59,101 bases of DNA from Akkermansia sp. (GCA_043757045.1 JAYVQC010000168.1:1-59101); one strand, 5' to 3'; shown: positions 46,301-54,738, counted from the first letter of the stretch. Notes: generated by a model not told the origin, from the sequence alone. Program-made: numbers and translations.

Positions 46301-49300
46301 CGCCGCTTCGGCACGGCGGGCGAGGCGCGCGTGGACGCCTACACCTTGGGCGGCACGGCGTTGCCCGGTGTGGATTACACGGGCGTGACCAATCAGTTGA
46401 TTTTCCTCGAGGGCGAAACGCGCCGGAGCCTGACCATTCCAATTTTGCCGAACACCACGCCGAACGACGACAAGACCGTGGGCCTGTATCTCGCGAACTT
46501 CATCAACGCCCAGCAAGGCCCGCAGCCGTTGTCCACGCTGATCATCGTGGATGATGATCCGACGATTGCTTTCAGCTCGGCGAATTATTCCGAGAACGAA
46601 AACACCGTCAGCGGCAACGCCACCATCACGCTCACCCGCGCGGGCGGCACCAACGCCACGCTCACCGTGGACATCGCCACCATCGCCGGCGGCACGGCCA
46701 CGGCAGGGCTGGATTATCTCGTGACGAACGCCACGCTCACCTTTGGGCCCGGCGTGACCAGCCGCCTGTTCAATGTCCGGCTCGTCAATGACCTCCTCCT
46801 CGAAGGCAACGAGACCGTGCTGCTCGCGCTCTCCAACCCCGGCGGCGGCGCGACACTCGGCCTGGCGAACGCCTCCTTGAACATCGTGGACGACGAGGTG
46901 CCGAACGGCCAGTTCGCCTTCGCGACGAACAATTTCCTGGTGGACGAATCCGTCGGCGTGGTCGGCGTGAAAATCATTCGCACCAACGGTTCCGTCGGCA
47001 TCGTCTCGGTCAGGCTCACGACCAGCAACATCACCGCGTTGGCCGGTTCTGATTACACCCCGACGAACCGCGTCGTGACCTTCGCCGACGGCGAGACGAA
47101 CAAGACCGTCTTCATCAGCATCATCAACGACGGCGTGGCCGAGCCGGACGAGACCGTGCTGCTCACGCTCTCCGCCCCCACGGGCGGCGCGACCATCTCG
47201 CAGACGAACGCGATCATCACCATCGCCGACGACGAGGTCGTGCCGAGCTACGTGCTCTTCGCGACGAATAATTTCTACTTCAGCGAAGACGGCGGCGTGG
47301 CGGTCATCACCGTTGTCCGCACGAACAGCCGGCGCGGTTTCCTGACCGTGGACTTCTCCGTGAGCAATGGCACCGCGCTGAACGGCGTGGATTACTTCGG
47401 GACCAACGGCACGCTCACCTTCGTGGATGGCGTCAACGAACAGACCTTCACCATCCCCGTCGTGAACGACACGGAAGGCGAGGGCGATGAGACCGTGCGC
47501 CTCAGCCTGACCAACTTGCAGGGGACCAACAGTTCGCTCGTCGGCCCGACCTCGACGCTGACCATCGTGGATGACGACACGGCCTTCCGTTTCTCCTCAG
47601 CCACTTACTCGGTGGCGGAGAACGCGGGCAATGCGGTCATCACCGTGCAACGCGTGGGCCGCACGAACACGGCGGTGTCCGTCAGTTACGCCACCGCACT
47701 GGGTGGGACGGCGCTCGGTGGCGTGGATTATATCCCGGTGTCGGGCGTTCTGAACTGGGCGGCGGGCGACGGCGCGCCGCAAACCTTCAGCGTGCCGGTG
47801 ATCGACAACAACATCCTCAACGCTGCGAAGACGGTGCAGTTGGTTCTGAGCAATCCGACGGGCGTGGCGACTTATCTTGGCGGTGCGTCGAACGCGGTGC
47901 TGACCATCACGGATGACGAGACGGTGGCCCCGCTGGCCGGGCCGGTGGACCCGCTCTTCAATGACAACTTTGGCGCGAAAGGTTCCGTGCGCGCGGTGGC
48001 CTTCGATTCTTTGCAACGCCTCTATGTGGGCGGCGACTTCACCCAGTTCCACGGGCTGGCCGTGAACCGCATCACCCGCCTGACCGCCAATGGCGCGGTG
48101 GACTTCAGCTTCCAGGTGGGCGCGGGCGCGAACGGCGCGGTGCAGGCCATCGCCCCGGTCACGAATGGCGTGCTCATCGCCGGCGCGTTCACGAACGTGA
48201 ACGGCGTGGCGCGCGGGCGCGTGGCCCGGCTGTTGTTGGACGGTTCGGTGGACGCCACGTTTGCCCCGCTCCTCGGTGCGAACAATGTGATCCGCGCGCT
48301 GGCGGCGATGACGAACGGACAGATTCTCATCGGCGGCGACTTTACGAGTTACGCTGGAATCGCCGCCCCGCGCCTCGCGCGCTTGAACGCCGATGGCACG
48401 CGGGACCTGGCCTTCATCCTCGGCTCGGGTCCGAACGCGCTGGTGCGCGCGGTGGGCGTGCAGACGAACGGGCAGATTTTGATCGCCGGTGATTTCACCA
48501 GCTACAACGGATTCCTCGTCACGCGGCTCGCGCGGTTGAACGCCGACGGCTCGCTGGACACCACCTTCAACACCGGACTCGGCGCGGATGGCGCGGTCCA
48601 CAGCATCGCCGTCGGACCCGATGGGAAGATCATCATCGGCGGCGAGTTCCTCACCATCAACGGCTCGCCTCGCGATCATGTCGCCCGTCTGCACGCGGAC
48701 GGTTCCGTGGACACCGGCTTTGACATCGGGCTGGGCACGCTGGCCCCCGTCCGCGCCGTGGCGGTGGAACGTGACGGGCACGTCCTCGTGGTGGGCGACT
48801 TCGGGACCTTTAATGGCAATCCGTCGTCTGGGGTCGCGCGTTTGAATCCTGACGGTTCCTTGGACGCCGGTTTCAACGTGGGCAGCGGGGCCGATGCGCC
48901 GGTTCATGCCATCAGTCTCGTGACCCGCTGCGTGCCGCCGCCGGTGGCCGTGATGACGTTTGACCCGTTGTCGGCCAATTTCGCGGCTCAGACGGATTAC
49001 GCGGAGAACTGCCTGACCCTGCGCGGCCTGACTGGCGGCCATTTCCATCCCACCCCCAACGGAGCGGGGACGGGGGCGGAAATTTTCGGCGTGGATGGCA
49101 CGCCGCAGGAACTCAGCCTGAACGGCTTCGCCTTCACGCTGCAAAGTGTCACTGTGACCAATCTCTCCGGGGTCGTGACGGCGACCTCCTCAAGCGGCGG
49201 CACCGTGCAACTGACGAACGGCGTGACCACTTTCGGCGCGGGCTTTGTGGACGTGGTCTGGGTCCGTTTTGACCTGGACGCGGGCGCAGTAGTGATCCTC

Positions 49301-52300
49301 GATGATGTGACGGTGATTCCTGGAATTGACGCGCTCGTGCCGCAGACCTTTGCCATTGGCGGCGACTTCGAGAAGTTCAACCAAGTCCAGCGCGGCGGTG
49401 TGGTCGTGCTGGCCAGCAGCGGGCTGGCCTCCGTGCAGTTTGATCCTCGGAACATCGCCACGCGCGCCGTTTATACGTCGGCCATCTTCACGAATGCGGC
49501 CTTGCCCGCCTACACCGGGAAGCTGGCGGTCGGCGGCGACTTCACCGCCATCGTCGGCGTGGAAGGCGTGAACCATCTCGCCCGGCTGAACATTGACGGC
49601 ACGCTCGACACGACGTTCAACAGCGGCCTCGGCCCGAACGGCACGGTGCGCGCGGTCGCGGCGCAGCCGGACGGCAAGATTGTCTTCGGCGGTCTGTTCA
49701 CCTCGTATGATTTCATCGCCCGCGCCTACCTCGGTCGCGCGAATGCGGACGGCACGCTCGACAACACCTTCAACTTCGGCGCGGGCCTCGACAACGGCGT
49801 GCTCGCGCTGGCCCTGCAACCCGACGGGCGCATCGTCATCGGCGGTCTCTTCTCGACGGTCTATGGCGTATCGCGCAACGGCGTGGCGCGGATGAACACG
49901 AACGGTACGGTGGACGTGAGCTTCACGGTCGGCTCCGGCGCGAACGGCCCGGTGCGCGCCGTGGCGTTGCAGCCGGACGGCAAGATTCTTATCGGCGGCG
50001 ACTTCACCACCTACAACGGCGCGCCGCGCGCCCGCATCGCCCGGTTGAACAACAACGGTTCGCTCGATACTTCGTTCAACCCCGGGACCGGGGCGGACGG
50101 CACGGTGAACGCCATTGCGCTCACGAGCGGCGGGCAGGTGCTCATCGGCGGCTTCAATGGCGCGCCGGCTCCTCGCATCGCGCGGCTGACCGCTGCGGGC
50201 GCGGTGGACGGCACGTTCACTCCCGGCACGGGCGCGAACGATTACGTGAGTTCCATCGCGGTGCAGACGGACGGGCAGGTCGTGGTGGGCGGCAACTTCA
50301 CCACCTTCAACGGCCAGGTGCGCCAGCGGCTCGTCCGCCTGAACGCGAACGGTACGCTGGACCCGACGATCAACTTCGGCGGGGGCGCGAATGATTTCAT
50401 CAGCACGATCACGCTGCAACATTACGACGGCAAGATCGTGGTCGGCGGCGGCTTCACGGAATTCGACGGCCAGACGCGCGTGGCCATCGCCCGGCTCATG
50501 GTCGGCACAAACAGCGGCGCGGGCACGTTCCGTTTCAGCTCGCCGGTCTTCTCGGTCAACGAGCGCGGCAGCAACGCCGTGCTCACCGTGGTGCGCTCCG
50601 GCGGCACCACGGGCGCGGCCTCGGTGAATTACCAGACGGTCAACGGCACGGCCCTGGCCCCGGCGGATTACACCGCGACCAGCGGCACGCTGAACTTCGC
50701 CAACGCGGAGAGCATGAAACAAATCCTCGTGCCGGTGAATGACAATACCGTCGCCAGCTTTGACCGCCTCTTCATCGTGTCGCTCTCCGGCGCGACCGGC
50801 GGCGCGACGATTGGCGCTCCGAGCAACGCGGTGGTCACGATTCTGGAAAATGAGAGCACGTTCAACTTCGGCGCGGTGAACTACCAGGTGGCTGAAAACG
50901 GCGTGGTCGCACGCATCACGGTCACGCGCACGGGCGGGTTGCTCGACATGGCCACGGTGGATTTTGTCACGGACACGAACGGCACGGCCACGGCCGGACT
51001 CGACTTCACGGCCCGCGCCGGGACGCTCACCTTCCTGCCCGGCGTCAGTTCGCGCTCCTTCGATGTCACGATTTTCGATGACACGGTCAACGAATTCAAC
51101 GAGACGGTGCCGCTGCGGCTCACGCTGCCGGTGGGCGCGTCGCTCGGGCTGTCGAACGCCACGCTCACGATTGTGGAGAACGACTTCGGCGCGGGCGTGA
51201 TCACCTTCCGCGCGGCGGCTTACACGGGCAGCGAGGACGGCGGCGGCATCGTCGTCGAACTGTTGCGCACGAACGGCTACAGCGGCGGTGTGACCGTCGG
51301 CTACCGGACGCTGACCGGCTCGGCCACGGCGAACGTGGATTACCTGGCGACGAACGGCCTCGTGTCGTTTGTGGACGGCCAGACCAACGCCTTCATCACG
51401 ATTTACCCGCTGGATGATGTGCTGACCGAGGGCAACGAGACCGTGCCGGTGCAGCTCTTCAACCCGAGCGCCGGGGCCACGCTCGGACTTGCGAACGCCA
51501 CGGTGACCATTGTGGATAATGATTCGCCCGGCCAGTTCGTCTTCAGTTCGCCGACCTACACGGTGAGTGAAGTCGGCGGCAGCGCGACCATCACCGTGCT
51601 ACGCACCAACGGCAATCTCGGCGCGGTCAGCGTGACGGCCCAAACCAGCGGCGGCAGCGCGACGCCTTCGGCGGATTACCAGAGTGTGTCCACGGTGCTG
51701 AACTTCGCGGCGGGCCAGTCGCTCCGCACTTTCACGGTCCCGATCTTTGATGACGTGGCGCCGGAAGGTGTTGAGACCGTCGGCCTCTTGCTCTCGAATC
51801 CGACGGGCGGCACGTCGATCGGCGCGCTCGGCTCGGCGGTGCTTTCCATCGTGGATAACGAGGCGTCGGTCGGTCTGGCGTCGGCGGCGTTGAGCGTGCT
51901 GGAAGGCGCGACGAATTTCCCGGTCACCCTGGTGCGCCTCGGCGATCCGAACGTGAGCTTCTCCGTGACCTTGAACACGAGCGACGGCTCGGCCACGGCG
52001 GGCTCGGATTACCAGGCCACCCGCACGACGGTGACGTTTGCCGCCGGTGAGACCAATCGCGTCGTCTCCGTCGCCATTTTGGATGACGCGCTCGCAGAAG
52101 GTAATGAGACGGTGAACCTCACGCTCTCCAGTCCGTCGGCCGGTGTGGGCCTCGGGCCGATCCTCTCTGGCACGTTGACGATTCTCGACAACGACACGGG
52201 CTTCAGTTTCAGCTCGGCGACGTACGCGACGAACGAAGGCACGCTGGATTTGATCATCACCGTGCGCCGGCTCGGCTCGGTCGCGGGGGTGGCCTCGGTG

Positions 52301-54655
52301 GATTACCTGACCACGGACGGCACGGCCACAGCGGGTCTGGATTATCTCACGAGCACGGGACGGCTGGCCTTCGCCGCGGGGCAGACCAGCGGCCTGTTCA
52401 ATGTCCGCATCCTGGACGACGTGCTCGTGGAGAACAACGAGACCATTCTGCTCGCGCTGGCCAATCCTTCGGCGGGGACGTTCCTGGGCGCGCAGCCCAC
52501 AGCGGTCATCTCCATTCTCGACAACGACACCAGCGTGGGCCTCTCGCCGACGGCGTACGCGGTGAACGAGAAGGTGACGAACGCTGTCATCACGCTCGTG
52601 CGCAACGGTGCTCCGGGGCAGGCCGTCACGGTCGGTTTCCGCACGCAGAACGGCACGGCCACGGCGGGCGTTGATTACACCTTCACCACGCAGACGGTGG
52701 CGTGGGCCGCCAACGACATCGCGCCGAAGACAGTCTTGATTCCGATCACAGACGACGGGCTGGCCGAAGGCACGGAGACGGTGACGTTGATTCTCTCCGG
52801 CGCGCTGGGCGCGACGATTGATCCGGCGGCGGCCTCCGGTGTGTTGAGCATCATTGACGACGCGGGCGTGATTGCCTTCGCGGCGGCGAACTCCAGCGCG
52901 GTGGAAAGCTCGGGCGACGCGGTCATCAACCTCGTCCGCACCGGCGGATCGAGCGGAGTTGTCAGTGTGCAATGGAACGCCACGGGCGGCAGCGCCACGG
53001 CGGGCGCGGATTACTCCAGCACTTCTGGCTTCGTGGTCTTCGCCAACAACGAAACGGTGAAGCCCATTCTCTTCCCGATTGTGGACGACGCCTCGGTGGA
53101 AGGCATCGAGACGGTCAACCTCACGCTCTCGAACCCGACCGGCGGCGCGCGCGTGGGCAGTCCGGCCTCGGCGGTGCTTTCGATTCTCGACAACGACAGC
53201 GGCGTCATCGTCGGCGCAGGAGCCTCGCTCATCGCGGAAAGTTTCGCGCCCACGAACAACATCATTGATCCGAACGAGACGGTGACGCTGCTCTTCGGAT
53301 TGCGGAACAGCGGCACGGTCAACGCGGCGAACGTCACGGCCGGACTGGTCTATGCAAACGGCGTGACGAACAGCGCTCCGCAGACGCAGAGCTACGGCCT
53401 GCTCAGCGCGGGCGGCAGCACCGTCTCGCGTCCGTTCACCTTCACCGCGCTCGGCTCGAACGGCACGCGCATCACGGCCACGTTGCTCGTCACGAACGAC
53501 GGTGTGTTCTTCGGCCCGGTGTCCTTCGACTTCGTGCTCGGCATCCAGAGCGTGGCGTTTGCGAACGCCGGGGCCATCACCATTCCGGCCTTCGGACAGG
53601 CCGCACCGTATCCGGCGCCCATCACGGTTTCCGGTGTGTCCGGCCCCATCACCAAAATCACGGTCAGCCTGAACAACATTCATCACACGCAGCCGGGCCA
53701 GATGGACATCCTCCTGGTCGGACCCAACGGCACGGCGGTGATGCTGATGTCGGACGCGGGTACCAACATCCTGATGAATGGCGTGAGCATCACCTTTGAC
53801 GACGCGGCGGCGGCGGTCCTCCCGCAATTCAGCGGGATCACGTCCGGCACCTACCGTTGCACCAACTACCCGCCGGTGGCCGATTCCTTCAATCCGCCTT
53901 TCGCGGTGGGCAGCGCCTTCTGGACGAACACGCCGGCCTTGAGCGCCTTCAATGGCACGGACGCCAACGGCGTCTGGTCGCTCTACGTGGTGGATGACAG
54001 CGTGGGCGACAACGGCGACATCGCCGGCGGCTGGTCGTTGAACATCGGCACGGCGAACATCGTGGCGCCGGGCGCGGACCTTGCGGTGCTGGTCACCGAT
54101 TCGCCGGACCCGGTGCAGACCAACAGCACCTTCACCTACACCATTGGCGTGACGAACTTCGGCCCGGCCACGGCCACGGCGATCACGCTCACCAACGTGC
54201 TGCCCTCGGCCGCCAGCTTTGTCAGCGTGGCCGGACCCGGCGTTTACACCCTCAACGGCAACGAGGTGCGCGGCACCCTCGGCGATCTGGCCGCCGGTGC
54301 GGGCACCGTGGTGAACATCACCATGACGGCCCAAAACATGACCGGCCAGTTGACCTTCACCACGACCGTCGCCTCCGGCACCGCCGACCCGAATGCGCTG
54401 AACAACCTGGCCTCGATCAAGACCACGGTGGTTGACAGCGTGCCGCTGCCGCTGCTCTTCGCCGCGCGCAAGAACGGCCAGCTCGTGCTGAGCTGGCAAA
54501 GCACCACGCCGAACGTGGCGCTTGAAGCCGTGACTTTGCTCGGCGGCAGCTGGGCGAACGCGCCGGTGACGCCGGTGGTGAGCAACGGCGTGAGTACCGT
54601 GACCCTGCCGATGGACAGCGGCGGGAAATTTTACCGGCTCAAACGGACGCCGTGA
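40331..54655 (+). CDS. Giant secreted protein (~4774 aa): N-terminal ANDNF-type beta-sandwich, ~20 Calx-beta units, four 7-repeat delta-60 arrays, C-terminal CARDB-like + P-domain + DUF11-like + FYR-type domain
   Basis: ORF 40325 (TTG)..54655, with ATG at 40331. Signal-like RGWLRVALLAVVAGLVPAAALA, then QPANDNFTNAFVL...TVQTGEP...SVWFRWVAP. P-domain-like ...GTDANGVWSLYVVDDSVGDNGDIAGGWSLNI. DUF11-like ADLAVLVTDSPDPVQTNSTFTYTIGVTNFGPATATAITLTNVLP. The protein ends ...GGKFYRLKRTP. Confidence 0.85.
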   Translation: MSSNLERRSDHPRARAGWRGWLRVALLAVVAGLVPAAALAQPANDNFTNAFVLVGTAGTTNGTTLNATVQTGEPFHFSSYRARSVWFRWVAPDSGPVTFDLIGSTFDTIMAAYRGSALGGLTQLASDDDSATVSPYPFDSQITFTALAGTEYRIAVDGFAAASGSYVLNWSQVVCTNVPPGPTEIQFSCVDYAVSESSPGFATVKVVAGGAFPGTVTVDYFTTDGTALVPGDYLSVSNTLTFAPGETNKTFTIIINDNTFQNPNKTVNLTLANPTGGATLGLSSNAVLTIVDDESTPVVSMAGQFNFSMPVYNVTENETVRAPFANAPPSNNGPNRSPFGAVVMVTRTGGAVGRVMVDVNVLSTNRFGTNVTTNTLTQTLVFDDYQMSATFLVSIPQVGNSIINLVLTNARPDVLEDPAIIIPTIGTARSSISVLGVNVGSIYSIERKTYRIDEYDPADPFNTLGLPGQNNSIQFDVLNPSGQSGNVTISTRANLYGYFILDSSDYPESQTRLLPETPYTDGFPGITNLVDYITFSQTLNFGQGVTRIPVTLVVTNDPTVEFNEDIQLQLTNPDNNHTIGNALANVTIMYDDQPAGQADREWNPELISTTQPPFNNTPGANNTVSAVAVQVDGRTILVGDFTAVNSVSRFRIARMNSDGSLDLTFNPGSGADGFVEALALYPASAAVGTNAGKILVAGGFSSINNVSRNGLARLNPNGSLDNSFFVGNGADGFVHTLTLQSDGKVLVSGDFTHWNDMPVAGLMRLNQDGSLDTTFSAGLGPDSTIWSVAVRDAAGTIFAPRTAAGTDFEDVNVIETGSEQGTLVVNYDFLNIPDNIRVFYEGIQIFNLTTNGAGQLTIPYGPGLATDITIIMNQGIGLPGTVWFYTARVTPVVTGRTIFIGGDFTSYDGSVRPGVARLLDNGSIDNGFNPGLGVDGSGSVFAVAIQPDNKLLVGGAFTRFHTSARNSIVRLLKDGSIDPNHHVGTGFNDSVYCITLAPDNKPLLGGIFQEYNSTRRMGLARLLTSGSLDTSFMDTAYNQFSGLTKTYSFDPPRYVNSIALQSDGNLMIGGSFTNVGGNFSVRHGLRNNYTVFTRADKTTRYNITRLIGGYTPGPGNMEFAPSAFPFTIDEGAGIFYATMRRVDGRLGTAQIIATNSSVTASTPDDFINEGLLQTWPEFAYVAPRSVGYVGFNYFAIPITEDVLQEGDETFSVGAVNPTGSITLGGEFIPLGGARGFYDGSTVTVADNDFSHGVFNFHLSAYITNENAGFAIITVIRTNGSSGAVSVDYLTRPGTPSPATTNLDFTPVRGTLSFSPGQTVRTFQVPIVNDALVEFDENVALILTNATGGAKLPGGTPTSIATATLTIIDNDFLQGRLNFSASSFTNNENETFATITVSRTGGNVGAMTVQVRTANGTAFAPADYTATTNTLFWNDGDSAAKSFIIPLVSDGLVEGSEIVNLILYNPAINGALGGRTNATLVIVDGDNFGALTLSQSLYEVDENGTAPVITVNRVGGIAGTVSVSFATSPLPATPSTDYLNNSGTLTFFPGETSHTFVVTNLDDLVPGGDQIVIITLSNPVNGTLGAISNATLTFVDNELINLPAGSVDTTFSGLAAANEAVYALALQPDGGILMAGDFTIVNSVPRNRIARLLGTGLLDETFNIGPGANGSIRALALQNNGRLVVGGLFTTINSTNRNHIARLGTDGSLDAFFNPGAGADNPVYALAIQGDDKILAGGSFSTFNGITRPGVVRLNTNGAVDLNFNPGAGVDGTVYALAVQADGKILLGGEFTSFNGVARTNLLRLNANGTLDGTFNPGFSIDAGVRSIVVQPDTRLLIGGSFTNVNGVTRRGLARLLASGALDATFLNGLGGADSTVLAVKLQIDGKILVAGDFRRFNNVTRSGLTRLRADGTTDPAINFGDGANAFVAALLVQPDRRIIIGGGFTEYDGQPRAHLARIYGGSIDGSGSLEYSAQLFTVGESAGSAIVTVRRRFGTAGEARVDAYTLGGTALPGVDYTGVTNQLIFLEGETRRSLTIPILPNTTPNDDKTVGLYLANFINAQQGPQPLSTLIIVDDDPTIAFSSANYSENENTVSGNATITLTRAGGTNATLTVDIATIAGGTATAGLDYLVTNATLTFGPGVTSRLFNVRLVNDLLLEGNETVLLALSNPGGGATLGLANASLNIVDDEVPNGQFAFATNNFLVDESVGVVGVKIIRTNGSVGIVSVRLTTSNITALAGSDYTPTNRVVTFADGETNKTVFISIINDGVAEPDETVLLTLSAPTGGATISQTNAIITIADDEVVPSYVLFATNNFYFSEDGGVAVITVVRTNSRRGFLTVDFSVSNGTALNGVDYFGTNGTLTFVDGVNEQTFTIPVVNDTEGEGDETVRLSLTNLQGTNSSLVGPTSTLTIVDDDTAFRFSSATYSVAENAGNAVITVQRVGRTNTAVSVSYATALGGTALGGVDYIPVSGVLNWAAGDGAPQTFSVPVIDNNILNAAKTVQLVLSNPTGVATYLGGASNAVLTITDDETVAPLAGPVDPLFNDNFGAKGSVRAVAFDSLQRLYVGGDFTQFHGLAVNRITRLTANGAVDFSFQVGAGANGAVQAIAPVTNGVLIAGAFTNVNGVARGRVARLLLDGSVDATFAPLLGANNVIRALAAMTNGQILIGGDFTSYAGIAAPRLARLNADGTRDLAFILGSGPNALVRAVGVQTNGQILIAGDFTSYNGFLVTRLARLNADGSLDTTFNTGLGADGAVHSIAVGPDGKIIIGGEFLTINGSPRDHVARLHADGSVDTGFDIGLGTLAPVRAVAVERDGHVLVVGDFGTFNGNPSSGVARLNPDGSLDAGFNVGSGADAPVHAISLVTRCVPPPVAVMTFDPLSANFAAQTDYAENCLTLRGLTGGHFHPTPNGAGTGAEIFGVDGTPQELSLNGFAFTLQSVTVTNLSGVVTATSSSGGTVQLTNGVTTFGAGFVDVVWVRFDLDAGAVVILDDVTVIPGIDALVPQTFAIGGDFEKFNQVQRGGVVVLASSGLASVQFDPRNIATRAVYTSAIFTNAALPAYTGKLAVGGDFTAIVGVEGVNHLARLNIDGTLDTTFNSGLGPNGTVRAVAAQPDGKIVFGGLFTSYDFIARAYLGRANADGTLDNTFNFGAGLDNGVLALALQPDGRIVIGGLFSTVYGVSRNGVARMNTNGTVDVSFTVGSGANGPVRAVALQPDGKILIGGDFTTYNGAPRARIARLNNNGSLDTSFNPGTGADGTVNAIALTSGGQVLIGGFNGAPAPRIARLTAAGAVDGTFTPGTGANDYVSSIAVQTDGQVVVGGNFTTFNGQVRQRLVRLNANGTLDPTINFGGGANDFISTITLQHYDGKIVVGGGFTEFDGQTRVAIARLMVGTNSGAGTFRFSSPVFSVNERGSNAVLTVVRSGGTTGAASVNYQTVNGTALAPADYTATSGTLNFANAESMKQILVPVNDNTVASFDRLFIVSLSGATGGATIGAPSNAVVTILENESTFNFGAVNYQVAENGVVARITVTRTGGLLDMATVDFVTDTNGTATAGLDFTARAGTLTFLPGVSSRSFDVTIFDDTVNEFNETVPLRLTLPVGASLGLSNATLTIVENDFGAGVITFRAAAYTGSEDGGGIVVELLRTNGYSGGVTVGYRTLTGSATANVDYLATNGLVSFVDGQTNAFITIYPLDDVLTEGNETVPVQLFNPSAGATLGLANATVTIVDNDSPGQFVFSSPTYTVSEVGGSATITVLRTNGNLGAVSVTAQTSGGSATPSADYQSVSTVLNFAAGQSLRTFTVPIFDDVAPEGVETVGLLLSNPTGGTSIGALGSAVLSIVDNEASVGLASAALSVLEGATNFPVTLVRLGDPNVSFSVTLNTSDGSATAGSDYQATRTTVTFAAGETNRVVSVAILDDALAEGNETVNLTLSSPSAGVGLGPILSGTLTILDNDTGFSFSSATYATNEGTLDLIITVRRLGSVAGVASVDYLTTDGTATAGLDYLTSTGRLAFAAGQTSGLFNVRILDDVLVENNETILLALANPSAGTFLGAQPTAVISILDNDTSVGLSPTAYAVNEKVTNAVITLVRNGAPGQAVTVGFRTQNGTATAGVDYTFTTQTVAWAANDIAPKTVLIPITDDGLAEGTETVTLILSGALGATIDPAAASGVLSIIDDAGVIAFAAANSSAVESSGDAVINLVRTGGSSGVVSVQWNATGGSATAGADYSSTSGFVVFANNETVKPILFPIVDDASVEGIETVNLTLSNPTGGARVGSPASAVLSILDNDSGVIVGAGASLIAESFAPTNNIIDPNETVTLLFGLRNSGTVNAANVTAGLVYANGVTNSAPQTQSYGLLSAGGSTVSRPFTFTALGSNGTRITATLLVTNDGVFFGPVSFDFVLGIQSVAFANAGAITIPAFGQAAPYPAPITVSGVSGPITKITVSLNNIHHTQPGQMDILLVGPNGTAVMLMSDAGTNILMNGVSITFDDAAAAVLPQFSGITSGTYRCTNYPPVADSFNPPFAVGSAFWTNTPALSAFNGTDANGVWSLYVVDDSVGDNGDIAGGWSLNIGTANIVAPGADLAVLVTDSPDPVQTNSTFTYTIGVTNFGPATATAITLTNVLPSAASFVSVAGPGVYTLNGNEVRGTLGDLAAGAGTVVNITMTAQNMTGQLTFTTTVASGTADPNALNNLASIKTTVVDSVPLPLLFAARKNGQLVLSWQSTTPNVALEAVTLLGGSWANAPVTPVVSNGVSTVTLPMDSGGKFYRLKRTP
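42122..43655 (+). repeat. Delta-60 array, 7 repeats, with a ~100-aa insertion (about 42715-43015) inside repeat 4
   Basis: Blocks with VSAVAVQVDG, FVEALALYPAS, FVHTLTLQSDG, TIWSVAVRDAAG [insert], VFAVAIQPDN, VYCITLAPDN, VNSIALQSDG. Confidence 0.7.
45137..46215 (+). repeat. Delta-60 array, 7 repeats
   Basis: Blocks with VYALALQPDG, IRALALQNNG, VYALAIQGDD, VYALAVQADG, VRSIVVQPDT, VLAVKLQIDG, VAALLVQPDR. Confidence 0.75.
47938..50505 (+). repeat. Two consecutive 7-repeat delta-60 arrays, separated or interrupted by a ~138-aa non-repeat insertion at 48923-49338
   Basis: Array 3 blocks: VRAVAFDSLQ, VQAIAPVTNG, IRALAAMTNG, VRAVGVQTNG, VHSIAVGPDG, VRAVAVERDG, VHAISLV. Array 4 blocks: VYTSAIFTNA, VRAVAAQPDG, VLALALQPDG, VRAVALQPDG, VNAIALTSGG, VSSIAVQTDG, ISTITLQHYDG. 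Confidence 0.7.
50506..53195 (+). repeat. Array of 8 well-conserved Calx-beta units; other sets at ~40880-42120 (3, two degenerate), 43680-45136 (4) and 46216-47937 (5)
   Basis: By-eye count of units of the form F(S/A)...Y.V.E......(I/L)TV.R.GG..G...V.Y.T..G(T/S)A.AG.DY....G.L.F..G......(V/I)P(I/V).DD...E..E.(V/F).L.L(S/T). Confidence 0.7.
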
Positions 54656-54685
54656 GTCCGGCCGAAGACAGTTTGAAAAAATCTC

Positions 54686-54722
54686 GCGGGGCGCGGGCGG
54701 AAGAACTCCACCGCGCTCCCGC
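54686..54722 (+). terminator. GC-rich intergenic hairpin between the 4774-aa gene and the M36 gene; no U-tract, so at best a weak terminator or processing signal
   Basis: gcggggcgcgg (54686-54696) pairs with ccgcgc(t)cccgc (54711-54722). The stem is 11 bp with one bulged T and a 14-nt loop. Confidence 0.2.
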
Positions 54723-54738
54723 ATTCAGATGAAGTGAT

